Assembly (NCBI GenBank): GCA_037137535.1
Contig: JBAXKC010000011.1
Coordinates: forward strand, 1 to 64,000
Source of the DNA: a bacterium
GTDB lineage: Bacteria > Cyanobacteriota > Vampirovibrionia > Gastranaerophilales > JBAXKC01
Direction: 5' to 3'
Length of the DNA stretch: 64,000 nucleotides
Shown here: piece by piece, positions 1 to 10,766 of the stretch
How the letters are laid out: the number at the start of each line of letters is the position of its first letter
Numbering within the stretch: position 1 is the stretch's first letter
Made by a program: the position numbers and the translations under genes
Notes under the pieces: generated by a model
Told to the model about the DNA's origin: nothing
What the model saw: only the letters and a program-made list of their open reading frames with translations
Database searches by the model: none

Positions 1-84
1 ACCGCTCGGCAGGATTATTTGAACATTTATCATTCTGAAAAAGTCAATAATTATGGTGCTTTATCTTGTGCTGCGTAACTCCTG

Positions 85-1566
85 TTATTTAACATTAATT
101 TCAACTTCAAAAGTTCTTTTCCATGGGAAGGTCAATTCAGTTGAATTATTATTAAGATTTATGCTTTTAGCTAATAAATTGATATAGGGAAGTAATTTTT
201 CCTTTAATAATTCTATATCAGCCATTTCGGTAAGATCTCTTATTTCTTGACGGACGATTGCCTGATAAGCCCAATCATCAGCTAATCTGACAAGTAAACA
301 TTTTTTGAAGTTTGTATCATTATAGGTGTTATTTGTTTCTGAAATATATCGATTTACTGCTGTAAAAATAGCACTTCCTAATGTATTGCCTGTTGTATTC
401 CAGCCCGAATAAGAATAAAGTTTATGTAATAAGTTTTGATTTATTAATTCTTTGACCAGTTCGCTGTCGCCACCGTTGGCATGGCTTATGTCAATTAATA
501 TTATTGGTTTTTCAGTATTTTTAATGGTATTTAAGCAAAATTCAACTGAATTATTATTAGATTTATCACAATACACCCTCATTGCATGATCATTTTGACA
601 TTCTGACGGTGTATGAACAAGTATTATCATATTAGCAGCATTATCAGTATAATGACAGCCTGCAAGCTCAATTTGACCTTTTACAGAGTTTTCAATCGTT
701 TTGTCTTCGTACTTAGATATTATAGATTTACCTTTTTCTGTTGAATACACAGGATGAATAGATATTACTTCATTGCTTTCTTTTGTAATGGCTTTTGAAA
801 ATAAAGATAAAGCAATCTCGTCAGCGCCTGTTTTAATAGACACTTTTTCTTCAAGTAGATTGTTTTTTACATAATTTTCAAAATATTTTGACTCTTTAAC
901 GTTAAATCCGAATTGTCCCGTATCATCAAGGCTATATACAAGATAATCTACTATATTTTCAGTTATAAAATTCAAATATTTTTTATTAATATCAAAATTT
1001 CTTTCTCTTGTTTTTATATAATCTTCGATAATAGGTTCAGGAATAAGAATTGAAACTGCTTCAAGCTCATTTAAGTCATTTTCCTGTTCGGTTGCTTCAT
1101 ATTTATGAGTAAAATATGAATATTGATAAATAAATTCACCATACTCATCCCAGTAAAGTTTTTCTTCTTCATTAATATTATTATTTGAAATCCGCATAAT
1201 ACTTGAGAAAGCATAGATTTTAGAGTTTGATTTCTGTTTTGACTCATATAATATTGATTTAATTTTTTCAACATCGTTAATAAGGTGATTTAGTGGAGTA
1301 TCCATACGTCTTGAAGGTATTAATCCTCCATAAACAAGAGTGTCAAGGCTACAAATAATATAATCAATTTTATTGTTTTCAGTTGTTACTTTTAGCCATT
1401 CTAATATTTTTTCAACATCAGCATATTTTTCTAAATTACCAAGATATTCTCTTGGTGGCAAAAATACATTTATATTTGAATTTATAGAACTTATTTCTAA
1501 AGGTAAACTATAAGTAACAGGTCTATCGTCAAGTGGAATAACAATAAAATTAAGATTATCAGACAT
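85..1566 (-). CDS. DUF4127 family protein
   Basis: N-terminal PLDDRP, YGGLIPSR, GADE and YSGWNTTGNTLG motifs typical of DUF4127. Confidence 0.8.
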   Translation of the reverse strand: MSDNLNFIVIPLDDRPVTYSLPLEISSINSNINVFLPPREYLGNLEKYADVEKILEWLKVTTENNKIDYIICSLDTLVYGGLIPSRRMDTPLNHLINDVEKIKSILYESKQKSNSKIYAFSSIMRISNNNINEEEKLYWDEYGEFIYQYSYFTHKYEATEQENDLNELEAVSILIPEPIIEDYIKTRERNFDINKKYLNFITENIVDYLVYSLDDTGQFGFNVKESKYFENYVKNNLLEEKVSIKTGADEIALSLFSKAITKESNEVISIHPVYSTEKGKSIISKYEDKTIENSVKGQIELAGCHYTDNAANMIILVHTPSECQNDHAMRVYCDKSNNNSVEFCLNTIKNTEKPIILIDISHANGGDSELVKELINQNLLHKLYSYSGWNTTGNTLGSAIFTAVNRYISETNNTYNDTNFKKCLLVRLADDWAYQAIVRQEIRDLTEMADIELLKEKLLPYINLLAKSINLNNNSTELTFPWKRTFEVEINVK

Positions 1567-1568
1567 AT

Positions 1569-2249
1569 TTATTTCCTTAATAACTCAGGTGCATTGATAT
1601 TCATAAACATTGAAGGGCGATCATAATAAAATTCTTTCGGATAAATGTATTTACTTTCATCATAAGTGCCATTATTAATATTTTCAATTGCATCCATCGT
1701 TTCATTAATATTAGTATTAGGCATCCCCATACCCGGTGATAACATTGGAATGGAAAGACCTTTTTTGGCCCTTACAACTATAACTGCATTAGAATCGGTG
1801 ATTTTTCCACTTGTATTATAAATATTGGCAAGCCTTAAATCTTTATAATCTTTCTGTGACCAGGATGCAACTTCAAAGTATAGCGTTTCTCCTTCTTTGA
1901 CAACACTTTCATTTAAATTTAAGTTTAATTCAGCAAAGCCTTTGTCATTCAAAGTTCCTTCTATTGTTTTAAAATCCGAACCAAGCCTGAGAGATTGCCC
2001 CATTAAGTTATCAGCACCGCTATTGTATTTTGAATAAGCAACTGAAACAAAATTTCCTGGTTTACCTTCAACTAAAATTTTATTATCCTGATTTAAAATA
2101 ATTCTTGAGGGCTTAAATAATTTTAAATCATATCTATTAGTTTCAATTGTCTTTGACTTATTCTCAAGATTAATATTCATTTCTTTTGAGTAACATGGCA
2201 TCATGATAAACATAAATACAACAGGTAAAATTAATAATCGCTTCATCAA
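1569..2249 (-). CDS. Exported hypothetical protein
   Basis: 226-aa ORF with signal-peptide-like N-terminus (MKRLLILPVVFMFIMMPCYS); 2 bp from next gene. Confidence 0.7.
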   Translation of the reverse strand: MMKRLLILPVVFMFIMMPCYSKEMNINLENKSKTIETNRYDLKLFKPSRIILNQDNKILVEGKPGNFVSVAYSKYNSGADNLMGQSLRLGSDFKTIEGTLNDKGFAELNLNLNESVVKEGETLYFEVASWSQKDYKDLRLANIYNTSGKITDSNAVIVVRAKKGLSIPMLSPGMGMPNTNINETMDAIENINNGTYDESKYIYPKEFYYDRPSMFMNINAPELLRK

Positions 2250-2381
2250 AACCCTTCTTTTATATAAAAAATAACTTAATAAGTTAATAGTATTATATTT
2301 CTTATAAATATATTTGCATAGACTTAAAAGCTGTTTTGCAGTAATATCATATTAAAAACGTATATTTAACAGGTAAGATTA

Positions 2382-3740
2382 ATGTATTTTGATTACTCTG
2401 AAATAGCATTGGCAACTGGTGAAGAAGTTTTAATTACAAGTAATTCACAAGAACGCTTTAATATTAATACAGATAGTAGAACTGTTTCTAAAGATAATGT
2501 CTTTTTAGCACTATCAGGACAAAGTTTTGACGGGCATAATTTTGTGTTTAGTGCAATAGATAAGGGATGTAAAGGTTTTATTATCGATAAAACTAAAACA
2601 GAGCTTATTTCTCAGATAAAAGATAAAGTTGATTTTATTTTAATAAGTGAAAATACTTTGATTACATATTTGAAAATTGCAAGATACTTCAGAAATAAAG
2701 TAGCTCCTAAAGTAATTGCTATAACAGGTAGTTCAGGGAAAACGACAACAAAAGAAATTATTTATAGCGTAGTTTCTCAAAAATTCAAATCACATAAAAC
2801 AAAACTTAATCATAACAACGAAATAGGGCTTTGTCAGACATTATTAAATATGCCTGTCGAAACTGAATGTTGTGTTGTAGAAATGGGAATGAGAGGACTT
2901 GGCGAGATTCAATTGCTTTCAGAGTTTGCTGTTCCTGATGTTGCGGTTATAACTAATGTCGGCACTGCCCATATAGGCAGGCTCGGTAGCGAAGATAATA
3001 TAGCTGTTGCAAAAGCAGAAATAACTAATTATTTAAGCAAAGATGGGGTTTTAATAGCTCATGATTCAGAATTATTAAAGAAAAATCTGAAATGGCAAGC
3101 TCAAAGTGTCTTTTATGACATAAAAAACAATAATACAGAAATTTTATCAGCAACTCCCGAAGGTTCAGTTTTTATGTATAAAAATAATACTTATGAGCTG
3201 AAAGTTTCAGGCGAATATAATATTTTAAATTCTTTATCTGCAATAGAAACAGGGCTATATTTAGGAATGACACCTGATGAAATTAACGAAGGACTAAAAT
3301 CCTATCAGCCGATTGAAAACAGATGGGAAGTTTTTAATCATAAAAGCGGCGCAACGATCATAAATGATAGTTATAATGCTAATCCTGAGTCGGTAAAAGC
3401 CTCTATTGAAGCAATTTGCACTACTTATAAGAATAAAAAAATAAATGTATTGCTTGGTGATATGGGTGAACTTGGAGAGCATGAACATTCTTTGCATAAG
3501 GAAGTCGGGGCTTTTGCTTCAACTATGAATTTAAAGAGTTTTCTAACACTTGGCGAGTTGACAAAAATATCAGCAGAAGAATTTAATGCAAAGAAAATTA
3601 ACGAAATTCAACAAATTTCTTTTAATGAACATGCTGAAGTTGTAGAATATTTAAAGCTGAATTTAACTGATAATGATGTTCTTTTGTTAAAGGCATCAAG
3701 ATTTATGAAGTTTGACGAAATAGCTAACCAGCTAAGATAG
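2382..3740 (+). CDS. murF: UDP-N-acetylmuramoyl-tripeptide--D-Ala-D-Ala ligase
   Basis: TDSR, ITGSSGKTTTKE, NNEIG, EMGM, NDSYNANPES, LLKASR motifs; first gene of dcw cluster. Confidence 0.96.
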   Translation: MYFDYSEIALATGEEVLITSNSQERFNINTDSRTVSKDNVFLALSGQSFDGHNFVFSAIDKGCKGFIIDKTKTELISQIKDKVDFILISENTLITYLKIARYFRNKVAPKVIAITGSSGKTTTKEIIYSVVSQKFKSHKTKLNHNNEIGLCQTLLNMPVETECCVVEMGMRGLGEIQLLSEFAVPDVAVITNVGTAHIGRLGSEDNIAVAKAEITNYLSKDGVLIAHDSELLKKNLKWQAQSVFYDIKNNNTEILSATPEGSVFMYKNNTYELKVSGEYNILNSLSAIETGLYLGMTPDEINEGLKSYQPIENRWEVFNHKSGATIINDSYNANPESVKASIEAICTTYKNKKINVLLGDMGELGEHEHSLHKEVGAFASTMNLKSFLTLGELTKISAEEFNAKKINEIQQISFNEHAEVVEYLKLNLTDNDVLLLKASRFMKFDEIANQLR

Positions 3741-3755
3741 CAGGAGCATAATAAC

Positions 3756-4730
3756 GTGTTAATAATTGTAGCAGCACTAGTTTCACTATTACTGACCCTT
3801 GTTTTAAGTATTCCTTACCTGGATTACTTAAAAAATAATTTCTATGGTCAATATATAAGAGAAGAAGCACCTGAAAGACATAATCAAAAAGCAGGTACAC
3901 CAACGATGGGCGGCATAATGATTGTCATTCCATCAATAATTGGTGCAGTATTAGCCTTAGTTATGAACCAAAAAGCAACTATACCATCATTGATTGTTTT
4001 AGTCGTCTATGGCGCATTTATGCTTTTAGGGTTTCAAGATGATATTTCAAAAATTACAAAAAAACAGAACAAAGGCTTATCTGCAAGAGCTAAGTTTGCT
4101 CTTCAAATATTAATTTCCTTGTTGCCTGTTCTTTATGTTACTTTTTCGGGAGAAACCAGCCTTTCTCTATTTGGATTTAAGTCTGTCAATTTAGCTTATT
4201 TTTATCCGATATTAGCAACTTTCATAATTACAGGTTCATCAAATGCAGTTAATCTTACTGATGGGCTTGACGGACTTGCGGGTGGAACTTCGGCAATTGT
4301 ATTTGCTACTTTATCATTACTTTGCTTTTTAACGGGAAGAATTGATTTAGCTATTGTGAGTGCCGCAATTGCAGGAAGTTGCATAGGATTTTTGTACTAT
4401 AACAAGTATCCTGCAAAAGTCTTTATGGGTGATACAGGAAGTTTGGCTTTAGGTGGTGCATTAGGAGCTATTGCAGTTGTTGGAAAACTCGAATTATGGG
4501 TGGCTTTGACGGGTTTAATCTTTGTTATCGAAGCTATGTCAGTAATTATGCAGGTAACAAGTTTTAAAACAACAGGAAAAAGAATTTTTAAAATGAGTCC
4601 TATTCATCATCATTTTGAGCTTTGCGGATGGAAAGAGCAAAAAGTTGTATATAGCTTTTGCGGATTTACGCTTATAAGCTGTATAACTGCTATATTATTA
4701 ATGTTACATGTTTTAAAATTACCGGGATAA
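3756..4730 (+). CDS. mraY: Phospho-N-acetylmuramoyl-pentapeptide transferase
   Basis: KAGTPTMGG, NAVNLTDGLDGLA, FMGDTGSLALG, PIHHHFEL; GTG start with AGGAG RBS. Confidence 0.97.
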   Translation: MLIIVAALVSLLLTLVLSIPYLDYLKNNFYGQYIREEAPERHNQKAGTPTMGGIMIVIPSIIGAVLALVMNQKATIPSLIVLVVYGAFMLLGFQDDISKITKKQNKGLSARAKFALQILISLLPVLYVTFSGETSLSLFGFKSVNLAYFYPILATFIITGSSNAVNLTDGLDGLAGGTSAIVFATLSLLCFLTGRIDLAIVSAAIAGSCIGFLYYNKYPAKVFMGDTGSLALGGALGAIAVVGKLELWVALTGLIFVIEAMSVIMQVTSFKTTGKRIFKMSPIHHHFELCGWKEQKVVYSFCGFTLISCITAILLMLHVLKLPG

Positions 4731-4734
4731 AATA

Positions 4735-6102
4735 ATGAGACAAAGATGGAAAGATAAAGACATTACAGTATTAGGCTTTTCAAAAAGCGGTATTGCAGCA
4801 GCTGAGTATTTAGCGGAAAAAGGTGCTAATTGTATTATCAGCGACAGTAAAACATCAACTGCTGAAGACAAAAATACAATTAAAAGACTTGAATCCCTTG
4901 GTATTAAAATTGAGTTAGGCGAACACAAAGAAAGCAGTATTATTAATGCTGATATTATTATAACTAGTCCAGGTATTCCACCTCATTCAGATGTAATAAA
5001 GCTGGCCAAAAAACATAATATTGCGATTTTTAGTGAAATTGACGTGGCATTTTTAGCTACTACTAAGCCATTTATTGCAATAACAGGCACAAATGGTAAA
5101 ACAACTGTTACTAAACTTGTATCAGAAATTTTTCAAAAAGCAGGTTTTAAAGCTCCTGCTTGTGGAAATATTGGCTATCCTGCAATATCTGCTGTTGCAG
5201 AAAATCCTGATTTTTTAATTTTAGAGATTAGCTCTTATCAAATTGCAACAAGTAAAACCTTTAGGCCTCAAATAGCGGCATATTTGAACTACACAGCCGA
5301 TCATGTTGATTGGCACGGTAGTGAAGAAGAGTATTTTAACGCTAAAGCGTCTTTATTTACAAGTTCATCTGCTCCTGTATGGGCTGTGCTTAACGCTTCT
5401 GATTCAAAGGTTTTGGGTATTGCCTCTAAGATAAAATCAAAACATATCTATTTTAATAGAGAACACTACGTTGAAGATTGTGTTTACATAAAAAATGATG
5501 CAATCTACTCACAACATAAAAAAGTTACTTCTGAAGTTATAAAATTAAATGAAATACCGTTAATAGGTAATCATAATCATCAAAATGTTATGGCCGCCGT
5601 AAGTATAGCTGTAGCTTCGGGTATAGACTTAGAAACGATAAAAAATACTATAATTGCATTTAAGTCTCCCGAACATAGAATAGAATTTGTTGAAACTATT
5701 GATAATATTGATTATTTTAATGACTCTAAAGCTACAAATACTGATTCTGCCATTTGTGCATTAAATGCATTTGATGAAAAGGTCGTTTTAATTGCAGGTG
5801 GTAAGGATAAAGGAACTTTACTTAACGAATTTGTTAAAAAAATAAATGAAAAAGTTGCATCTGTTATATTAATCGGAGAAGCAGCTGATAGATTTGAAAA
5901 TGAACTAAAACAAGCAAATTACAATAAAATATATCGGGCAAGTACATTGGAAGAAGCTATAGACAAGGCGCATGCGTTAAATCTTGGTTCTGTTCTGTTT
6001 TCTCCTGCATGCGCAAGTTTTGATATGTTTAAAAATTACGAAGAGAGAGGCCATGCGTTCAAAAACTACGTCTACAAGAAGAAGCAGACTGGAAAAGCTT
6101 AA
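4735..6102 (+). CDS. murD: UDP-N-acetylmuramoyl-L-alanine--D-glutamate ligase
   Basis: SPGIP, ITGTNGKTT, EISSYQ, NDSKATN, SPACASFDMF. Confidence 0.97.
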   Translation: MRQRWKDKDITVLGFSKSGIAAAEYLAEKGANCIISDSKTSTAEDKNTIKRLESLGIKIELGEHKESSIINADIIITSPGIPPHSDVIKLAKKHNIAIFSEIDVAFLATTKPFIAITGTNGKTTVTKLVSEIFQKAGFKAPACGNIGYPAISAVAENPDFLILEISSYQIATSKTFRPQIAAYLNYTADHVDWHGSEEEYFNAKASLFTSSSAPVWAVLNASDSKVLGIASKIKSKHIYFNREHYVEDCVYIKNDAIYSQHKKVTSEVIKLNEIPLIGNHNHQNVMAAVSIAVASGIDLETIKNTIIAFKSPEHRIEFVETIDNIDYFNDSKATNTDSAICALNAFDEKVVLIAGGKDKGTLLNEFVKKINEKVASVILIGEAADRFENELKQANYNKIYRASTLEEAIDKAHALNLGSVLFSPACASFDMFKNYEERGHAFKNYVYKKKQTGKA

Positions 6103-7267
6103 AGAAAAAAATAAAATTTATAAAAATAGGCAAAAATCGGGAGTGATTATTTCTGCTCCAGATAATACTTTGTTTATGATAATTTTAACGATTGCAATTT
6201 TTGGATTGGCTGCTGTATTTAGCGCAGGCGCTCCCGAAGGAATGGAAGATTATAATAATCCTGCTTATTATGTATTAAAGCAGAGTATTTTTATGTTCTT
6301 GGGTTTTTTAATCTTATTTTTCTTTTCAAAAAAAGACTATAAAAAATTTGAACAATGGGCTTTTCCTTTTGCACTTGGAACTATTTTTCTGATTGGTTTA
6401 ACTTATATTCCTGGGCTTGGAACAACAAGTAACGGCTCGACAAGATGGCTTTCGTTCATTCCTTTTTTGCAGGTGCAACCTTCAGAATTTGCTAAAATAT
6501 CTGTTATATTACTTATTGCCTCCTCAATTTCTAAAGCAAAAACATTGTTAGATCAAAAATTGCTTAGAAGTCTTTTATTGGTTGGCGTTATGGTTATTTT
6601 AATATTAAAACAGCCCAATCTGAGCGTATCAATGGTAGTTGCTGCAATAACAGGCTTTATGATGTATGTTGGAGGCACTTCTGAAACATTATTTGTTTCA
6701 GGGGCAACAGTAATGGGCTTTTTAGCTTATCATAATATTATGCACAATGCCTATCAGCTTAAAAGAATTACAGGTTGGTTAGATCCATGGAAAGATGTCC
6801 ATGAAACAGGATATAACCTTATTCAATCATGGTTTGCAATAGGAAGTGGCGGTGTTTTTGGAGTAGGCTTCGGGAATTCAAAGCAAAAATTATTTTATTT
6901 GCCGTTTAGACATACAGATTTTATTTTTTCTGTTATATGTGAAGAATTAGGCTTTATAGGTGGTGTTATACTGATTGGATTATATCTTGCACTTATACAT
7001 AGAGGTTTTACTATTGCGAGCAGATGTCCGGATTCGTTTGGTAGACTTGTTGCATTTGGAATTTCTGTGGCAATAGGACTGCAAGCGTTAATAAATATGG
7101 CTGTTGCAACAGGTGTTATGCCTGTCACGGGTGTTACTCTTCCACTTGTAAGTTATGGAGGTACTTCAATCCTTGTAACTATGGCTATGTTAGGAATTTT
7201 ATTAAATATTTCCAGAAAGCGAATTCAAAAATTACCTATAAATGGTGAAACAAATGAACAAGATTAA
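6053..7267 (+). CDS. ftsW: SEDS peptidoglycan polymerase FtsW
   Basis: QPSEFAK, LPFRHTDFIFS, GVTLPLVSYGG; start moved to ATG 6053 (GAGAG upstream), overlapping the murD end. Confidence 0.93.
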   Translation: MRSKTTSTRRSRLEKLKEKNKIYKNRQKSGVIISAPDNTLFMIILTIAIFGLAAVFSAGAPEGMEDYNNPAYYVLKQSIFMFLGFLILFFFSKKDYKKFEQWAFPFALGTIFLIGLTYIPGLGTTSNGSTRWLSFIPFLQVQPSEFAKISVILLIASSISKAKTLLDQKLLRSLLLVGVMVILILKQPNLSVSMVVAAITGFMMYVGGTSETLFVSGATVMGFLAYHNIMHNAYQLKRITGWLDPWKDVHETGYNLIQSWFAIGSGGVFGVGFGNSKQKLFYLPFRHTDFIFSVICEELGFIGGVILIGLYLALIHRGFTIASRCPDSFGRLVAFGISVAIGLQALINMAVATGVMPVTGVTLPLVSYGGTSILVTMAMLGILLNISRKRIQKLPINGETNEQD

Positions 7268-8378
7268 AAAACTCAATGTTATTCTTTCAGGCGGTGGGAC
7301 AGGTGGTCATATATATCCTGCCATAGCTGTTTATCAAGTTTTAAAAAAAGATTCTGATGTTGAAAATATTTATTACATTGGCTGCAACAAGAATATGGAA
7401 AAAGATGTAGCCCAAAAAGAAGATATTCCTTTTTATTCGGTAAATGTTTCTGGAATGCCCAGAAAAACCAGTTTGAGATTTATTAGTTGGTTTGCTGAAT
7501 TAATTAGTGCAACTGTCAAAGCTTTTTATTATTTGTTAAAACTTAAGCCTAATGTAATTTTAGGAACAGGAGGTTATGTTAGTGCTCCTGTACTTATTTC
7601 CGCAACTATTTTAAAAATACCTTTTATAATCCATGATTGTGATGCTCAACCGGGAATAGTAAATAAAGCTTTAGCACCTTATGCACATACAGTTTCAGTT
7701 GCCTTTGAGGAAGCGGGGACAAAGTTAAAAGTAAAAAACTTGATGGTAAATGGTAACCCTTTAAGAGAAAGTTTTAAAACTACAACGAGAGAAGAATCTT
7801 TAAATAAATTAAATCTTTCCGCTACTAAATTAACAATTTCAATTATTGGAGGCTCTCAAGGAGCAAGATCCATTAATAATGCTGCATTAAATATAATGCA
7901 AGACTTGCTGGAAACTATAGACTGTCAGGTAATTCATCAGGTTGGAACAAAAAATTATGATCAATATGTTGAAGAGCTTGAAGTTAAATATCCAAATCTT
8001 AAAAATAATTCATCATATCGATTAGCACCTTATTTTGACAATATGCAAAATATTTTTGCGGTTTCAGATTTGATTATTTCAAGAGCAGGTTCTTTAAGCC
8101 TTTCAGAAATATGTTTGAATTCAATTCCATCTATATTGATACCATATCCTCATGCTGCTGCTGATCATCAAAGGCATAATGCTAAAGTAATGGAAAATTC
8201 TGGAGCATCAGTTTATCTTGATGATAACGATTGCACTTCTGAAAATCTTTTGGCTCAAATTAAAGATTTGATTAATAATTCTGAAAAACTTCAATCAATG
8301 AAAACTTCTGCCAAAATACTTGCAAAAGAAAATTCCGCAGAAAATCTTGCTGCAAAACTAAAAGAAATTGCTTTATAA
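7254..8378 (+). CDS. murG: Undecaprenyl-PP-MurNAc-pentapeptide GlcNAc transferase
   Basis: SGGGTGGHIYP, GTGGYVS, GGSQGA, ISRAG, HQRHNA; start could also be 7242. Confidence 0.96.
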   Translation: MNKIKKLNVILSGGGTGGHIYPAIAVYQVLKKDSDVENIYYIGCNKNMEKDVAQKEDIPFYSVNVSGMPRKTSLRFISWFAELISATVKAFYYLLKLKPNVILGTGGYVSAPVLISATILKIPFIIHDCDAQPGIVNKALAPYAHTVSVAFEEAGTKLKVKNLMVNGNPLRESFKTTTREESLNKLNLSATKLTISIIGGSQGARSINNAALNIMQDLLETIDCQVIHQVGTKNYDQYVEELEVKYPNLKNNSSYRLAPYFDNMQNIFAVSDLIISRAGSLSLSEICLNSIPSILIPYPHAAADHQRHNAKVMENSGASVYLDDNDCTSENLLAQIKDLINNSEKLQSMKTSAKILAKENSAENLAAKLKEIAL

Positions 8379-8380
8379 TT

Positions 8381-8971
8381 TTACTCTTCAGATAAATTTT
8401 CTTTTAAAACAGTAACTAAATAATTTAATCTTGTTAAAGCAGTTTTAAATCTTGAGCTTAAAATAGTATTATGTTCTTGTCTGATAGAATAATCCTGTAA
8501 AAGTCGGTCATATTTTTCTATATATCTGACATACGATGACAAATCAACTAATTGTTTATTCAGAGTAATAGTTTGCTTATATGTTTCGTAATTTCTCTCA
8601 GGTTTATTTTTATATTTAGTCTCTAGGGAAATCACATAAAGATTTAAAAGATTTTCTTTTGCACAAAAGAGTTGAGTTTTATTTTCAGGATTTGTTTCAA
8701 TTGCTTTTTTTATGCCGTCTAAATAAGGCAAAAGTTCTTCTAAGTCTTTCAAATAATGCTTATAAGTATTTTGTTTGTATATAGTTGCTTGCATAATAGG
8801 TCTTTTGGCTTTAGGAGCAAGTGCAGGTATATTTTCGACAGGTGCTTTAACTTCTTGCTTTGGTCTTGTGGTATCGCCTAAAGTAGGCAAGCTGTCATAA
8901 TAACCTGCCGCAGAACAATTTATAACTATTAAAATTCCTGCTAAAGTTTGCTTTATAACTTTCTTGCTCAT
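8381..8971 (-). CDS. Exported hypothetical protein
   Basis: 196-aa ORF with signal-like N-terminus, convergent with murG. Confidence 0.65.
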   Translation of the reverse strand: MSKKVIKQTLAGILIVINCSAAGYYDSLPTLGDTTRPKQEVKAPVENIPALAPKAKRPIMQATIYKQNTYKHYLKDLEELLPYLDGIKKAIETNPENKTQLFCAKENLLNLYVISLETKYKNKPERNYETYKQTITLNKQLVDLSSYVRYIEKYDRLLQDYSIRQEHNTILSSRFKTALTRLNYLVTVLKENLSEE

Positions 8972-9084
8972 TTGAAATCCTATATTATTAAATAAAAATA
9001 AGTTTGAACGAACTCATACTATGATTATAATAATATTATTCACTTTTTCAAAGAAACGATTATCAACGATTTAAAGGATTTTTT

Positions 9085-9396
9085 ATGGAAAATATTATTA
9101 ATTTTCGTATTCCAACAATTGAAATATATAAAAAAGAAGATTTATGTGAATTTTTAGAAGAAAATACACCTGTATATATATGCGAACATATTGAAGAAAA
9201 ATTAAATCCAGTGGGATTGCAATGGAATTATATATTGACCGCATATATTCAAAATAAATTATTTGGGGCTGTCGTGATTAAATACAGCGAAAGTTTATTT
9301 AATCAGCCTGATTTTACTCAAAGACCAATTATTTCAGGCTTAGAACATGTAATAAAAGATAAAAATATAATCTTTAAAGGTAAAATTTCTCCTTAG
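9085..9396 (+). CDS. Hypothetical protein
   Basis: 103-aa ORF with AAGGA RBS. Confidence 0.65.
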   Translation: MENIINFRIPTIEIYKKEDLCEFLEENTPVYICEHIEEKLNPVGLQWNYILTAYIQNKLFGAVVIKYSESLFNQPDFTQRPIISGLEHVIKDKNIIFKGKISP

Positions 9397-9597
9397 AAAA
9401 AATATGCAGAAATAATTGTTTAAAAAGTTTACAAAGATAAATTTACTAAATGCAATATATTCGTATATATTAGCTCTTTATAAGATAATTTACTGTTTTA
9501 TAAATTATTATTAACTTTACTTATTGGTGTGTTTTTTTTACGCTTACAAGTAAGAATTACCATAACTATGCAAATTTCACTAATGGAGAAATGTTAA

Positions 9598-10605
9598 ATG
9601 ACTCAAAAAGTTTTTTTAGGAATAGATGTTGGTTCTGTTACAACAAAACTTGCTGTAGTTGATGCATTTGGTCAATATGTTAATGACTACATGATCAGGA
9701 CAGCAGGTAAACCTGTTATGGCTGTTCAAGAAGGTTTAAAGCAACTTTTAGCTAAGGCTGCAAGTGCTTATGAAGTCATGGGAGTTGGTACTACCGGAAG
9801 CGGTAGACAACTTGCAGGCGCATTAGTCGGTGCTGATATCGTAAAGAATGAAATCACCGCTCATGCTGTTGCTGCAAGTGCAACTGTACCAGGAGTTCAG
9901 ACAATTCTTGAAATTGGCGGGCAAGACAGTAAAATCGTTCTTTTAAGAGACGGTATTGTAACAGACTTTGCAATGAATACAGTATGTGCAGCCGGTACGG
10001 GAAGTTTTCTGGATCAGCAGGCAAGCAGGCTTAATGTGCCTATAAGTGAGTTTGGTCCAACTGCTTTAAATTCTACAAATCCTGCAAGAATTGCAGGAAG
10101 ATGCGGCGTTTTTGCGGAAAGTGACTTGATTCATAAACAGCAATTAGGTTATCCTGTTCAGGATTTACTATATGGCTTGTGTCAAGCTCTTGTAAGAAAT
10201 TATTTAAGCAACCTTGCATTAGGGAAAGAAATACTTGGCCCTGTTGTATTCCAAGGTGGTGTGGCAAGTAATATTGGTATGGTTAAAGCGTTTGAAGAAG
10301 CTCTTGAGATGAAAATAACCGTTCCTCCTAACCATCAATCAATGGGTGCAATTGGTGCTGCTCTTTTAGCAATGGAAAATTATCAATATACCGGTAATAC
10401 TACGAAGTTTAAGGGTTGGGGCGTTAGAGATTTCAGCTTTAATTCGATAACCCATGAATGTCTTGATTGTTCAAATGCTTGCGAAGTTATTACAATTGTC
10501 CAGGGTGAAATTGAAAATCCGGCAGCAAAAACCCCAAAAGAAATTATTGGAAACAAAATTGCTAGATGGGGCGGAACTTGCGGTAAATGGGATTTGTCTA
10601 ATTGA
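9598..10605 (+). CDS. Acyl-CoA dehydratase activase (BadF/BadG/BcrA/BcrD ASKHA ATPase, HgdC-like)
   Basis: GIDVGSVTTK, EITAHA, EIGGQDSK, CAAGTGSFLD, RCGVFAES; extra C-terminal CxxCxxxC. Confidence 0.9.
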   Translation: MTQKVFLGIDVGSVTTKLAVVDAFGQYVNDYMIRTAGKPVMAVQEGLKQLLAKAASAYEVMGVGTTGSGRQLAGALVGADIVKNEITAHAVAASATVPGVQTILEIGGQDSKIVLLRDGIVTDFAMNTVCAAGTGSFLDQQASRLNVPISEFGPTALNSTNPARIAGRCGVFAESDLIHKQQLGYPVQDLLYGLCQALVRNYLSNLALGKEILGPVVFQGGVASNIGMVKAFEEALEMKITVPPNHQSMGAIGAALLAMENYQYTGNTTKFKGWGVRDFSFNSITHECLDCSNACEVITIVQGEIENPAAKTPKEIIGNKIARWGGTCGKWDLSN

Positions 10606-10766
10606 TGTAACTTAATAAAAATACACAGGACAAGTCCAATTAGATAAAGGATTAAGTAGAATGTGGTACAATTAATAATTATAAGTGATTAATAAAACAT
10701 AGTCTTCTTTATTCTTTGTACAAGCTACAATGTGATAATTTGATTTCGTAATCGGGTAATAAAAAA

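Noticed and set aside
1-33. Possible gene start MINVQIILPSG running off the window edge
   Set aside because: Too short to support
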